Below are positions 1 through 12,224 of a DNA stretch of 64,000 nucleotides, in pieces. The DNA lies in the NCBI RefSeq assembly GCF_006345805.1, contig NC_043014.1:7750001-7814000 (forward strand). Direction: 5' to 3'. Below the pieces are notes generated by a model. The model did not search any database. It worked only from the letters and a program-made list of their open reading frames with translations, and was not told where the DNA came from. A program made the position numbers and the translations under genes. Within the stretch, counting starts at the first letter, position 1; each line of letters starts with the position of its first letter. The stretch is from Octopus sinensis (Eukaryota).

Positions 1-164
1 CTTCTGGCGAACACAGTTCTCGGTTCTGCTTCGATGGTGTTTTGATGACAAGAGACAGTTAATCCACTGGTTTCAGGTTCAGTCCTACTATACAGTACAA
101 TGGACAAATATCTACTATAGCTGAAGCCAACCAATACTTTGTAAATGAATTCGGGAAACAGAAA
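1..164 (-). CDS. Candidate coding exon, product unknown (alternative: plus-strand exon 77-173)
   Basis: Minus frame is open from a TTTGTACAG acceptor to the window edge (FLFPEFIYKVLVGFSYSRYLSIVLYSRTEPE...). The exact antisense frame also gives a plausible exon (RFSPTIQYNGQISTIAEANQYFVNEFGKQKLYK). Strand is unresolved. Confidence 0.25.
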
Positions 165-378
165 CTGTACAAAGTCTGTCGTGTGTGTGTGTCTGTGTGT
201 GAATGTGTGTGTGTCTGTGTGTGAATGTGTGTGTGTCTGTGTGTGAATGTGTGTGTGTGTGAATGTGTGTGAATGTGTGCATGTGTGTGTGTGAACATTT
301 ATATTCACCACTTCAAGTCTGGTTAGTGATATCTGTGGCATTTCTTTATCAACACATCATCAGGTAGCTTTGCATCAC

Positions 379-970
379 TCTTTTACTTGTTTCAGTCATT
401 TGACTGTGGCCATGCTGGAGCACCGCCTTTGGTCGAGCAAATCGACCCCAGGACTTATTCTTTTGTAAGCCCAGTTCTTATTCTATCGGTCTCTTTTTGC
501 CGAACCGCTAAGTTACGGGGCCGTAAACACACCAACATCGGTTGTCAAGCGATGTTGGGGGGACAAACACACACACACACGCTGGTCCCCGTGCCGGTGG
601 CACGTAAAAAGCACCGTCCGATTATGGCCGTTTGCCAGCCACGTCTGGCACCATTGCCGGTGGCACATAAAAAGCACCCACTACACTCATGGAGTGGTTG
701 GCGTTAGGAAGGGCACCCAGCTGTAGAAACACTGCCAGATCAGACTGGGCCTGGTGCAGCCTTCTGGCTTCCCAGACCCCAGCTGAACCGTCCAACCCAT
801 GCCATATACATATACATATATACGATGGGCTTCTTTCAGTTTCCGTCTACCAAATCCACTCACTAGGCTTTGGTCGGCCCGGGGCTATAGTAGAAGACAC
901 TTGCCCAAAGTGCCAGGCAGGGGGACTGAACCCGGAACCATGTGGTTAGTAAGCAAGCTACTTACCACAC
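379..970 (-). mobile_element. SINE family 1 copy interrupted by an RTE 3' fragment (585-800), followed by an inverted partial copy (972-1235)
   Basis: Matches the recurring ~400-bp element: tRNA-like head, CTTGGGCAAG core, internal TA/TG microsatellite, AAGAGT-type tail. Confidence 0.85.
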
Positions 971-1559
971 GGAAACTGAAAGAAGCCTGTCGTATATATG
1001 TATATATATATATATGCGCGTGTGTGTTTGTGTGTCTGTGTTTGTCCCCCTAGCATTGCTTGACAACAGATGCTGGTGTGTTTATGTCCCCGTTACTTAG
1101 CGGTTCGGCAAAAGAGACCGATAGAATAAGTACTGGGCTTACAAAAGAATAAGTCCCGGGGTCGAGTTGCTCGATTAAAGGCGGTGCTCCAGCATGGCCG
1201 CAGTCAAATGACTGAAACAAGTAAAAGAGTAAAGAGTATACACACACACACACACACACATGCAAATATATGTGGCTTTGGGTATATGTGGGTGAAAAGA
1301 TCTACCATGAGCCTACAAGCTGATTAGATTCCCTCCTCTTGAACAAGACATTATTCTACTGCATGGTTAAACTGCCCACCACACACACACACACACACAC
1401 ACAGCTGGTGGTGCTCAGTTTTAGTTGAGTAGATAGGAACAACAATTAGTGAAGTGCTTTGCCCAAGAACACTAAGTACTGCCTGGCCTGGAAATTAAAA
1501 CCATGAACTTAAAAATTGTGTGTCCAACACTTTAACTCTCTATGTCTATGTCTCATATA

Positions 1560-2310
1560 TCATTATCATCATCATCATCGTTTAACGTCCGTTTTTCCAT
1601 GCTGTCATGGGTTGGACGGTTCGACCGGGGTCTGGGAAGCCAGGAGGCTGCACCAGGCTCCAGTCTGATCTGACAGTGTTTCTACAGCTGGATGCCCTTC
1701 CTAACGCCAACAACTCCGGGAGTGTAGTGGGTGACTTATCAAATACAGCAAATCCACACAACTTCCAGTCTCTTGTCATTTCTTCAGTGACACCCACAGG
1801 TTCCCTTCACAATTAGAACTTGGCAAACTCTTTATACAGCTGTCCTCATCCATATGCATTACATGATCAAACCAGCGCAATCTTCTCTCTTGCACACATC
1901 TGATACCTCTTATACCCAGTTTTTTTCTTAAGTCATTTACACGTTGTCACTCATGCACACTGACATTACCCATCCAGTGGAGCATGCTAGCTTCATTTCT
2001 TTCATGCTTTTGCAAGTCCTCTGCAGTCAAAGTCCATGCTTCACTGTCATGTAACTTAACTGTTCATACACAGGCATCATACAATCTGCCTTTCACAATG
2101 AGGGAGAGGCCCTTAGTTACCAACAAAGACAAAGCTCTCTGAACTTCGCCCAGTCCATTCTTATTCTAACGACTACACTTTCAGAACTTCCTTCTCCTCT
2201 GTTATCTTGGTTTCCTAGGTAACAGAAGCTATCTACTACTTCTAATGATCCCACTGCGCATTTTTAGGGCTTATTGTACCCACACATTTGCCACATCCAA
2301 AGACTATTTT
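1560..2310 (-). mobile_element. RTE LINE 3' remnant with (GAT)n tail
   Basis: Degenerate ORF2 C-terminus (VTEEMTRDWKL) joined to the same 3' end and GAT tail as the RTE at 58.6-60.1 kb. Confidence 0.75.
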
Positions 2311-2314
2311 CTCC

Positions 2315-2968
2315 GTTAACCCCATGACTTATTCTTTGTAAGCCTAGTACTTATTCTATTAGTCCCTTATACCGAACCGCTAAGTTACGGGGACGTAAAT
2401 GCACCAGCATCGGTTGTCAAGCGATGCTGAGGGGACAAACACAGGAGGAGATCCCCTTTGGTCATGAGTGACCATGGGATTGCCCCTAGAAAGTTACCCT
2501 CCAAGGCACAAGTCCGGGAAAGGTTGTTTGTGGAAGGCCAGCAGTCGTCCATGCATACCATCCAAGGGAAAGGCAAAGGGGCCGATACAGCTTGGCACCA
2601 GTGATGTCGCAACTCATTTCTACAGCTGAGTGAACTGGAGCAACGTGAAATAAAGTGTCTTGCTCAAGAACAGAACATGCAGCCCAGTCCAGTAATCGAA
2701 CTCACAACCTCATGATCGTAAGCCCGATGCTCTAACCACTGAGCCATGCGCCTTCACAGGGGACAAACACAGACACACAAACATATATATATATACATAT
2801 ATACAACGGGCTTCTTTCAGTTTCCGTCTACCAAATCCACCCACAAGGCTTTGGTCGGCCCGAGGGTATAGTAGAAGACATTTGCCCAAGGTGCCACGCA
2901 GTGGGACTGAACCCGGAACCATGTGGTTCGTAAGCAAGCTACTTACCACACAGCCACTCCTATGCCTT
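2315..2968 (-). mobile_element. SINE family 1 copy carrying a nested SINE family 4 insertion
   Basis: Family-1 sequence lies on both sides of 2445-2757. Confidence 0.85.
2445..2757 (-). mobile_element. tRNA-derived SINE family 4
   Basis: Minus-strand head with A box TGGCTCAGTGG, B box GTTCGATT and CTTGAGCAAGACAC core. 15-bp TSD AGGGGACAAACACAG at 2430-2444 and 2758-2772. Confidence 0.88.
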
Positions 2969-2989
2969 ATATATATATATATATATAAT

Positions 2990-3380
2990 CAAAAAAGGGT
3001 AATAACATAGATTACTACTAGTGGCCCAGCACAAAAGACGAATTAGTCATTAGACAAAATATTATTCATATAGAAATATAATTAAGGGCTCCTAAATAAG
3101 GATGCCAAGTGCTAGGGACACAAAAAAGGGATAAATTCATCGAGAGTGAAAATCAAAAACATTTACCATTAACGATACATCCCGGACTGATCAGTTTCTA
3201 CCTCTTTCTAGCAAAACAGACAGAATATGTTTGCTAAGGCCAGTTTCATCAGCGAGACGCCTATGTTAAATCAAGATGCGCAGAGCGTTAGACCATGTGT
3301 TGATCTAAACGACTTGTAAATCTTAACTTTTCAAACCTCTGCGCAGACGCAAAATCTACCCGGTGATATAGGGCATGCCT
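2990..3380 (-). mobile_element. ~390-bp HHR-bearing non-autonomous retroelement (family A monomer) between (TA)n tracts
   Basis: Colinear with the 28854-29790 repeat unit. Shared blocks include GTCTGCGCAG, the CACATG hairpin, GTAAATGTTTTT..ATTTTCA and TATATGAATAATAT. Confidence 0.75.
3178..3259 (-). ncRNA. Type I hammerhead ribozyme (family A, intact core)
   Basis: Minus strand CGUCUCG-CUGAUGA-[stem II region with UAGCAAA/UUUGCUA hairpin]-GAAAC-UGAUCA-GUC-CGGGAUG. Stem I has 7 bp with G-U pairs; stem III is palindromic; the first stem II pair is A.A. Confidence 0.78.
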
Positions 3381-3659
3381 ATATATATATATATATATAT
3401 ATATATGGAGAGAGAGAAAATTTTGCAGATGTCACAGCTCATATACTTAATGTATGTCAATCAATGAACTAGTGTACATTAGTGTTGCCATGAAACAGCT
3501 TATATTATGTGTTCAGACCTCACATAGTTAATGTCATATGTAGTCACATAGTACACAACAGTTACCATTGAACAACTTACATCATCTGTTCGCTGCACAC
3601 ATATTCAGTCATTGCTGTAACATAACTAGTAATCTAATGTACACCAATGTTGCCATTAA

Positions 3660-4105
3660 ACAAAGCACCATCCGATTGTGGCCGTTGCCAGCCTCGCCTG
3701 GGCCCCAATGCCGGTGGCATGTAAATACCACCATCCGATCGTGGCCGTTTGCCAGCCTCGTCTGGCACGTAAAAGGCACCATCCAATCATGGCCGTTTGC
3801 CAGCCTCGTCTGGCACGTAAAAGGCACCATCCGATCGTGGCCGTTTGCCAGCCTCGCCTGGCCCCAATGCCGGTGGCACGTAAAAGGCACCATCCAATCG
3901 TGTCCGTTTGCCAGCCTCGTCTGGCATGTAAAAGGCACCCACTACACTCACGGAGTGGTTGGCGTTAGGAAGGGCATCCAGCCGTAGAAACATTACCAGA
4001 TCAGACAGAGCCTGGTGCAGCCTTCTGGCTTCCCAGACCCCAGTTGAACCATCCAGCCCATGCTAGCATGGAAAGCGGATGCTAAACAATGATGATGATG
4101 ATGAT
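3660..4105 (+). mobile_element. RTE 3'-UTR fragment with internal tandem repeats and (GAT)n tail
   Basis: GGCACGTAAAAAGCACCATCCGATCGTGGCCG units, then GGAGTGGTTGGCGTTAGGAAGGGCATCCAGC and a GAT tail. Confidence 0.85.
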
Positions 4106-4294
4106 GTTCACAAAACACACAGTCAATCATAACTGAGTCAAGCCAGTGGCCATTTCCATCAGCATTGTCATTAATCAATTTACAATGTGTTCACAACTCA
4201 CGTAGTCAAGGATGTAATCTTTATTCATTGTCAAAACACTCATCATTTGATCAGTTTTATAACAGCTATTGAGAAGAGAGTCAATTTTCCTCAC

Positions 4295-4404
4295 CCTGTT
4301 CTTGTTGTTTGTTGACCAAGGGCCAGTACCATATAGTAGCACTTAGATGACCAATGTGGCACCTTGTGTAATAATGCTGGTTCCTTCCATCTCTGTAGTT
4401 TTTT
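4295..4404 (-). CDS. Candidate internal exon, product unknown
   Basis: Acceptor TCTTTTACTTTTCAG and donor GTGAGG bound 110 nt with two open frames (KKLQRWKEPALLHKVPHW... or KNYRDGRNQHYYTRCH...). Confidence 0.3.
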
Positions 4405-4549
4405 CTGAAAAGTAAAAGATATGGAATGAATTTTTCTCCCTTTTTAAAGGCATTTTCCAATGTTAAAGATTAAAACCGAAATAAATATTCAAAATTCTGC
4501 AGAAAATCAAGGAGTTGAAACAGATCTTTTCAGTTGTCACAGATTTCAT

Positions 4550-4930
4550 ATTTTACTCTTTACTCTCTTTTACTTGTTTCAGTCATTTGACTGCGGCCAT
4601 GCTGGAGCACCGCCTTTAGTCGAGCAAATCAATCCCGGGACTTATTCTTTGTAAGCCCAGTACTTATTCTATCGGTCTCTTTTGCCAAACCGCTAAGTGA
4701 CAGGGACGTAAACACACCAGCATCAGTTGTCAAGCAATGCTAGGGGGACAAACACAGACATACACATATATATATATATATATACACACATATATACAAC
4801 AGGCTTCTTTCAGTTTCCGTCTACCAAATCCACTCACAAGGCATTGGTCGGCCCGGGGCTATAGCAGAAGACACTTGCCCAAGATGCCACGCAGTGGGAC
4901 TGAACCCGAAACCATGTGGTTGGTTAGCAA
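4550..4930 (-). mobile_element. SINE family 1
   Basis: Family-1 sequence with the head slightly truncated. Confidence 0.85.
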
Positions 4931-5310
4931 ATTTTAGTTTTGTATGCTAATTATGTGTTATGGCAAGAATCATGACACCCCCTGTGAGAATGGACTAGCC
5001 AAACTTGTATAAGTGGCAACATGTTTGAGTGAGAGCGACAGATGAGAAATCGCAGGAAGTCGTAAGGTGTCATTTAAGAGTTTGTGGAGTTGCAGGAAAT
5101 TGTTGAAAGTTAACTTGGATTGGTTACATTTGTTGGCAGAGTATTTGAGAATACATCAAGTGGAAACATTTGGTGTCTACCCCATTCCATGGTATTGTAT
5201 ATCACCCTGTTATCAGTGCATGGCACTAAGGTGACATGTACAGAACCACGATACAAAATTATGAAAACTAGATTTCATTTTTGCAATAAATTAAATAAAA
5301 AGTTAATAAT

Positions 5311-5990
5311 AGGCGTAGGAGTGGCTGTGTGGTAAGCAGCTTGATTACCAACCACATGGTTCCGGGTTCAGTCCCACTACGTGTCACCTCAGGCAAGTGT
5401 CTTCTACTATAGCCTCAGGCCGACCAAAGCCTTGTGAGAGGATTTGGTAGACGGAAACTGAAAGAAGCCCGTCGTATATATGTGTATATTATATGTGTAT
5501 ATATATGTGTATATATATGTGTATATATATTAAGGCGGCGAGCTGCTAGAAACGGTAGCACGCCAGGCGAAATGCGAAGCCGTATTTCGTCTGCCGTTAC
5601 GTTCTGAGTTCAAATTGACTTTGCCTTTCATCCTTTTGGAGTCAATAAATTAAGTACCAGTTACGCACTGGGGTCGATGGAATCGACTTAATCGCTTTGT
5701 CTGTCCTTGTTTGTCTCATCTGTGTTTAGCCCCTTGTGGGTAGTAAAGAAATATATATGTGTATATATGTATGTGTGTGTATGTGTTTGTGTGTCTGTGT
5801 TTGTCCTCCCAACATCGCTTGACAACCGATGCTGGTGTGTTTACATCCCCGTAACTTAGTGGTTCAGCAAAAGAGACCGATAGAATAAGTACTAGGCTTA
5901 CAAAGAATAAGTTCTGGGGTCGATTTGCTCGACTAAAAGTGGTGCTCCAGCATGGCCGCAGTCAAATGACTGAAACAAGTAAAAGAGTAA
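5311..5990 (+). mobile_element. SINE family 1 with SINE family 2 (5532-5753) inserted in its internal TA microsatellite
   Basis: Family-1 head GGCGTAGGAGTGGCTGTGTGG and tail flank a family-2 copy (GGCGGCGAGCTG...CTTTCATCC...GTAGTAAAGAAATA). Confidence 0.85.
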
Positions 5991-6305
5991 CTTTCAGAGT
6001 TTGCAAATTTTGGGTAATTTTACACATGACTATAAATCTCATATTGGTGTCTGTTTCAAAAGTAACAAGCTAAGCTGCATTCTACCATGTTTTCACATGC
6101 GAATGTGACACAACCACAGGTACAGTATGACTGCAGCAGAATCTTTTAAGTGTATGTGTTAGATGGAGAAAGTGAACACCAAGGAGAATGTGGGCTCTTA
6201 CTCTCAAGACAAGGGTCTTATACCCAAATACAAGCTGGGCAGAGCGACACTGCAAGAAGAAGAATCTTCACAGGAAAATGTACTTGTAGTACTCCTGAAA
6301 AGGAT

Positions 6306-6664
6306 GCAATGAGTATATGTCTCTCAGAAAAGGTACATGCAATGAGTATATGTCTCTCAGAAAAGGTACATGCAATGAGTATATGTCTCTCAGAAAAGGT
6401 ACATGCAATGAGTATATGTCTCTCAGAAAAGGTACATGCAATGAGTATATGTCTCTCAGCAAAGGTACATGGTTGGAAGAAAAGGTACATGCAATGAGTA
6501 TATGTCTCTCAGAAAAGGTACATATGTCTCTCAGAAAAGGTACATGCAATGAGTATATGTCTCTCAGAAAAGGTACATGCAATGAGTATATGTCTCTCAG
6601 CAAAGGTACATGGTTGGAAGAAAAGGTACATGCAATGAGTATATGTCTCTCAGAAAAGGTACAT
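6306..6664. repeat. 33-bp minisatellite with a 141-bp higher-order repeat
   Basis: Unit GCAATGAGTATATGTCTCTCAGAAAAGGTACAT. The variant block CAAAGGTACATGGTTGGAAGAAAAGG recurs at ~6460 and ~6601. Confidence 0.92.
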
Positions 6665-6974
6665 GGTCCTTTTAGGACTATATTACTTTTCCTTTACTCA
6701 TGAGTCAAGGAAGTAGCTTCAGTCCATCTTTGCGTTAAAGAACTAGGTACGAATCACAGCTGTTGGCTACAATAGTTTTATTTGTGAGCGACATGCAGAG
6801 GACCTGCTCCTCAATGCAGGTCAGACAGGCAGTCCTGGGAAGATTGTCTAGATAGGCAAAACAGTCTCCTCAAGACAGTGTATTAAAAATCCTAAATGTT
6901 TTATTTGTGGAAAAAAATCAAACAGAAACTTGCGTTGTATAGTGAAATAAAAAAAATTCTAGAAAGAATGTATT

Positions 6975-7317
6975 CTCTTTTACTTTTTTACTTGTTTCAG
7001 TCATTTGACTGCGGCCATGCTGGAGCACCGGACTTATTCTTTGTAAGCCCAGTACTTATTCTATCGGTCTCTTTTGCCGAACCGCTAAGTGACGGGGACG
7101 TAAACACACCAGCATCGGTTGTCAAGCAATGCTAGGGGGACAAACACACATACATATATATTCGTTCAGTTTCCGTCTACCAAATCCACTCACAAGGCAT
7201 TGGTCGGCCCGGGGCTATAGCAGAAGACACTTGCCCAAGATGCCACGCAGTGGGACTGAACCCGGAACCATGTGGTTGGTTAGCAAGCTACTTACCACAC
7301 AGCCACTCCTGCGCCTT
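6975..7317 (-). mobile_element. SINE family 1 with internal deletions
   Basis: Family-1 head and tail are present. Confidence 0.85.
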
Positions 7318-7344
7318 ATTGCTATAAAAAAATTCTAAATGAGG

Positions 7345-8962
7345 CTCAGAAAAGAAAATTTGTGTCCATAAAAATGAATAACGTGAACATCAAGTTACAA
7401 CTGGATACAGGCAGGGACATCACAATAATTAATACAGTTGCATGGAAAAAAATAGGGAAACCTAGATTAAAGCAAAGTTTGAAAATTGTATGAGGTGTTT
7501 CAGGAAAAAAATTGCATTTTATGGGCAAAATGATAAGAGATGTTACATTTCATAGAAAAACTTTGAAAGCCAAAGTTTTTGTGTTGGAAAATACGACAAA
7601 TTTATTTGGAACAGGTTGGATGGATCTATTTAACTTATGAGACTAACCAATGAATATTTCGTCTAAGAATGTGAATGGTTCTTCCACCAGTGCAAATAAG
7701 GCATTGGAGGATTTAAAACAGAATTAAAACAGTTTTTCCTGAAGTTTTTTCTGAGGAATTGGGTCTTTGCACCAAAACAGAGGCCAAGTTTCAAGTGAAA
7801 GAAAATGCTAAACTGGTATTTAAACCAAAAAGAATGGTACTTTTCGCAGCATTGAAACAAGTCAATGAAGAATTGGATAGACTTGAAAAGCCTGGCATTA
7901 CTGAAAAAAAATTGATTACTCAAAGTGGGCACCCCCAAAAGTTTATGTTAAGAAAAAAAAATCTAAGTAAGTGCTGATTTCTCAACGAGATTAACCCTTT
8001 CGTTACCAACCCGGCCATAACCGGCTCTGGCTCTGTAGTGTAAATGTCTTGTTTTCATAAGTTTTGCATTAAAATATACCACCAAACCTTAGTCGCTATT
8101 TATGTTCCTAACACTAGCTTAATGATAACTAAGTTATTTTACTAAATTCTTTGTTATATTTTAAATAATTGAAAGAAACACAGAGCATCTCAAAATAAAT
8201 ACAGTAACGAAAGGGTTAAACAAATGTTTGATGTCATATAATTACCCACTACCAAGAATGGAAAAAATTTTCACAAAGTTGAATGGAGGAAAATTATTTT
8301 CCAAGTTGGACCTACCTGAGGCATATTTGCAGGTAAAAGTCGATGAGGAATGTTCAAAATGATTGACAATAAATATCCATAAAGGGTTGTATAAATTTAA
8401 TCGATTCCCCTTTGTTATAAAGGTAGCACCTGACATTTCCCAGCAAACTATGGACGTTATACTCACAGGTATGGATTTCACTGTAGCTTACCTTGACAAC
8501 ATACTCATAAAAACATGCTGAACATGTTAAAAAAGCCTTTGAAAGAATAACATATTATGGGTTTAGGCTCAGTGAAGAAAAGTGTGAATTTTTTATGCCA
8601 AGAATAGAATATCTAGGGACAGATTATTGATGAAAATGGATGCAGACTTGACCCATCTAGGGCAAGTGCAATAAAAAATATGCTTCACTGACCAACATTA
8701 CAATGTTATAAGCATTTTGGGGGCTTGCAAATTACTACCAGGTATACATGGCAAATATACATGATTTAAGAGCACCCCTGAATAACTTGTTAAAAAAGGA
8801 CGTTAAGTGGAACTGGTCAAACAATGTCAAAAAGCCCTTGAAGAAATTAAAACCATTTGAACATTAGAATTGTCCTTATCACATTCCGACACAAATTTAA
8901 AAATAGTAGTGGCAGCAGATGCTAGTGAAAGTGGTATTGGAGCTGTAATTTTACACAAGTGG
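7345..8962 (+). pseudogene. Ty3/Gypsy pol remnant (protease-RT-RNase H)
   Basis: Translated motifs LQLDTG, YPLPRME..FSKLDL..AYLQ, AYLDNILI, KCEFF..IEYLG and IVVAADASESGIGAVILH, broken by stops and frameshifts. Confidence 0.9.
7995..8215. mobile_element. piggyBac-type MITE
   Basis: 12-bp TIR CCCTTTCGTTAC/GTAACGAAAGGG with TTAA on both sides. Removing it restores the Gypsy frame DFSTRLNKCL. Confidence 0.92.
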
Positions 8963-9292
8963 CATGCCGTGCCGGTGGCACATAAAAGACACCATTCGAG
9001 CGTGATCGTTACCAGCATCGCCTTACTAGCACCTGTGCCGGTGGCATGTGTAAAAGATACGAGCGAGGTCGTTACTAGTACCACCTGACTGGTGCCCATG
9101 CCGGTGGCATGCAAAAAGCACTCACTACACTCTCGGAGTGGTTGGCATTAGGAAGGGCATCCAGCTGTAGAAACTGCCAGATCAAGATTGAAGCCTGGTG
9201 CAGCCATCTGGTTCGCCAGCCCTCAGTCAAAATCGTCCAACCCATGCTAGCATGGAAAGCAGACGTTAAACAATGATGATGATGATGATGAT
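8960..9292 (+). mobile_element. RTE 3'-UTR fragment
   Basis: Conserved 3' end and (GAT)n tail. Confidence 0.8.
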
Positions 9293-9489
9293 TTGGCCAG
9301 CAGACCTTCAAAATTTTTTGTAAACATTTAAATACTTTTGGTTGTTTTCCAACATTTGGATCCATAGAGGAGGATCTGTGTATGTTCTTTTGTAAAATCA
9401 TATTTTGGTAATCTTGCTGAGTATTGATGATTTCCACATTGAATTTACCATACTGAATGATTGGTTGGCTTTGCTGATTCTTGTATTTA

Positions 9490-10055
9490 TTGAGTTGTCC
9501 GGAAAGTTCGTGCCGATTTTTAAAGGAAAGAAAAAGGTCAATAAATTCTTACCATTACATTTTTAATCAACCAAATATGAATCATTTTGTTACACAATGT
9601 GTCTCCATCTTTCCTTTAACTTGAAAATACCCTCTTCCCAGAATTGAGGTGGATTCATGGCAAAGAATTCATCAAGGTATCTTTTTACGCCATCCAAGGA
9701 AATGAAACTTTTACCATTAAGACTACTCTGCAGAGACCTGAATAAGTGGAAATCCAAAGGAACAGCATCTGGTGAATACGGAGGGTGGGGTAACACATCC
9801 CAGCCGAGCTGCAGCAATTTTTATCTGGTTCCCAAAGCATCAAGTGCCAAAAATGAACTTTCTTATCTTCCATTTTAAAGGGTTGCAGAAATAACACAGG
9901 TTATAGGAACATAAACCTTCTTCCACGAAAAGATAGCTTAAACTGTGCTCCAAATGGAGGTGTAGTCAAATCCTATTTTGTGGACTCAACCATGTTCTAA
10001 AATAAGTCGAAAGGTAAGCTACTATAAATCGGCATGAACTTTCCAGACAACCCAA
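9490..10055 (-). mobile_element. mariner deletion derivative
   Basis: ~30-bp TIRs TTGAGTTGTCCGGAAAGTTCGTGCCGATTT / AAATCGGCATGAACTTTCCAGACAACCCAA, TA flanks, and an HPPYSPD..DFHLF catalytic remnant at 9590-9817. Confidence 0.9.
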
Positions 10056-10548
10056 TATTTCATGAATGCAGTCAACAATAGCGATTGGTTTGTTGTTCAA
10101 AGTCACATGGTCAGCATCTGTTATATTTTTACAAAGACTGTATGGTTTCTTCTTGATTTTGAGACCTATGGGTTGGCTATTTGACTAAGTCTTTCAGATT
10201 TGTCCTGCAACTCTTGAGGCACATATGAGAACAAACAAATTCCGACTGCATAATTTAAATCTCATAGATGAGGTGTGTTCCATTCTATACCTAGTCTATA
10301 TTCTTCTATTGGTCTTTGCATCAACCAATTCACTGCCGATGAAAATAAGATTGGTGATAACAAGCATCCTTGTTTGACTCCAGTTTTGATTTTGAACAAA
10401 TCTGTCAGTTTGTTGTTGTATATAACTTGACATTCAAAGTTTTCATACAATAAATGAATCATCTTGACTAATTTGTGTGGGAAACCGTAGTGTCTGAGAA
10501 TCTTCCAAAGTGTATCTCAGTAAAGGCTAGCGAAAGCTTTTTCAAAGT

Positions 10549-11144
10549 TGTAGTGACGTCATATTCCAGTGTGCGCACACGCAACGTCATTCTTCAGTGT
10601 GCGTGTGCGGAACGTCACCTTTGTAGTGACGTCATATTCCAGTGTGCGCACACACAACGTCATTCTTCAGTGTGTGTGTGCGGAACATCCTTCTTCAGTG
10701 TGCGTGTGCGGGGTTGGAACCTTCTGGAAAGGCATAAGAAAGTTCCCTCATGCACATGCGCTAGAGACTGAAGAATAAATTCTATAGCGTTCCTTAATAG
10801 CGTCGGGGACTTGAGACACGGCGATAGAAGAGAAAGGACGTATTTTTATACGTGTGATCAGCCTATTCTCCTGTCCCAGACGCTTAGGATTTAACCTGTT
10901 CTATTAATGCTGAATTGTTGTAAGAAGCTTACAAACGTTAGAATTCAGCCTTGCTGTGTTGAACTAGGTGGATACCAGTATACCATCGTGTTTCATTGTT
11001 GAACCAAGAGAATAAAGAATTGTATATATTTCTAAACTTGCGTTTCGTTCCTGACTGGTAGTTTCTAGAAACAAAAAGAAAGGAAATTGTGTTGCACCCA
11101 AGTTGCACCCCAAAAGTGTAAAGAAGCAACCAGTTCTCTTTACA
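10549..11144 (+). mobile_element. Solo LTR (same family as 39596-40018)
   Basis: TGTAGTGA...TTTACA termini, AATAAA near the 3' end, and blocks shared with the 39.6-kb copy (GGAACCTTCTGGAAAGGC, CAGCCTATTCTCCTGTCCCAGACGC). Confidence 0.8.
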
Positions 11145-11436
11145 GTTTTGGGGTGCAACTTGGGTGCAAAACAATTTCCTTTCAGCATGCACAAAGATGA
11201 GTTCCATTCATGAGATTGCAGGAGTATTTGGCAAATTACAAAAATATTGTCGATACACGATTTTCCTTTCCTGATTCCATCTTGCTCTTGACAAAGTAAT
11301 TAGTTTCCTACTGTTGTGATGCACTGTAATATGATATGGGTAAATATTTTACTGGTGATTGATAATAGAATGATTCCCCTCCAATTATTACAGTCTGATG
11401 CATCAGCTTTCTTTGGTAATTCAGTGAATAAACTTA

Positions 11437-12089
11437 GTCGGGGGGCGCCGTTGCTGGCGCCGCCCCGACTGGCCTCCGTACCGGTGGCACGTAAAAAGCA
11501 CCATCCGATCGTGGCCGTTTGCCAGCCTCGTCTGGCCCCCGTGCTGGTGGCACGTAAAAAGCACCATCCGATCGTGGCCGTTTGCCAGCCTCGTCTGGCC
11601 CCCGTGCTGGTGGCACGTAAAAAGCACCATCCGATCGTGGCCGTTTGCCAGCCTCGTCTGGCCCCCGTGCTGGTGGCACGTAAAAAGCACCATCCGATCG
11701 TGGCCATTTGCCAGCCTCGTCTGGCCCCTGTGCTGGTGGCACGCAAAAAGCACCATCTGATTGTGGCCGTTGCCAGCCTCGTCTGGCCCCCGTGCTGGTG
11801 GCACGCAAAAAGCACCATCTGATTGTGGCCGTTGCCAGCCTCGTCTGGCCCCCATGCCGGTGGCACGTAAAAAGCACCATCCGATCGTGGCCGTTTGCCA
11901 GCCTTGTCTGGCACATAAAAAGCACCCACTACACTCTCGGAGTGGTTGGCGTTAGGAAGGGCATCCAGCTGTAGAAACACTGCCAGATCAGATTGGGCCT
12001 GGTACAGCCTTCTGGCTTCCAAGACCCCAGTTGAACCGTCCAACCCATGCTAGCATGGAAAACGGACGTTAAATGATGATGATGATGAT
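11437..12089 (+). mobile_element. RTE 3'-UTR fragment with an expanded ~57-bp tandem array
   Basis: About 8 units followed by the conserved 3' end and GAT tail. Confidence 0.88.
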
Positions 12090-12224
12090 ATGTTTACAAA
12101 GCCTAGACAGGTATCTTCAGCTAGCAGGCCATGCTACTCCAGACTGATGACTAGGAAGACTCAGAAACTAGTCTCTGGATGCAGGCCTAGCTGTTGGGGG
12201 TGCTTGTCTCCCCTTTGTAAACAT
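12090..12224 (+). ncRNA. Minimal type I hammerhead ribozyme (12138-12179) at the apex of a 135-nt rod-like hairpin
   Basis: UCCAGA-CUGAUGA-cuaggaagacuca-GAAAC-UA-GUC-UCUGGA. Stem I extends via CAGCUAG/CUAGCUG, GACAGGUAUC/GGUGCUUGUC and AUGUUUACAAAG/CUUUGUAAACAU. Confidence 0.8.

Noticed and set aside
320-367. Minus-strand CUGAUGA with UGUG/CACA stem
   Set aside because: Followed by GAUA not GAAA, with no stem III or stem I partner.
5311-5400. tRNA genes at SINE heads
   Set aside because: Only A/B boxes are retained, with no complete cloverleaf, and each continues into a SINE body.
11437-11930. CRISPR-like appearance of the repeat arrays
   Set aside because: Units are contiguous with no unique spacers, there are no cas genes, and the context is eukaryotic.
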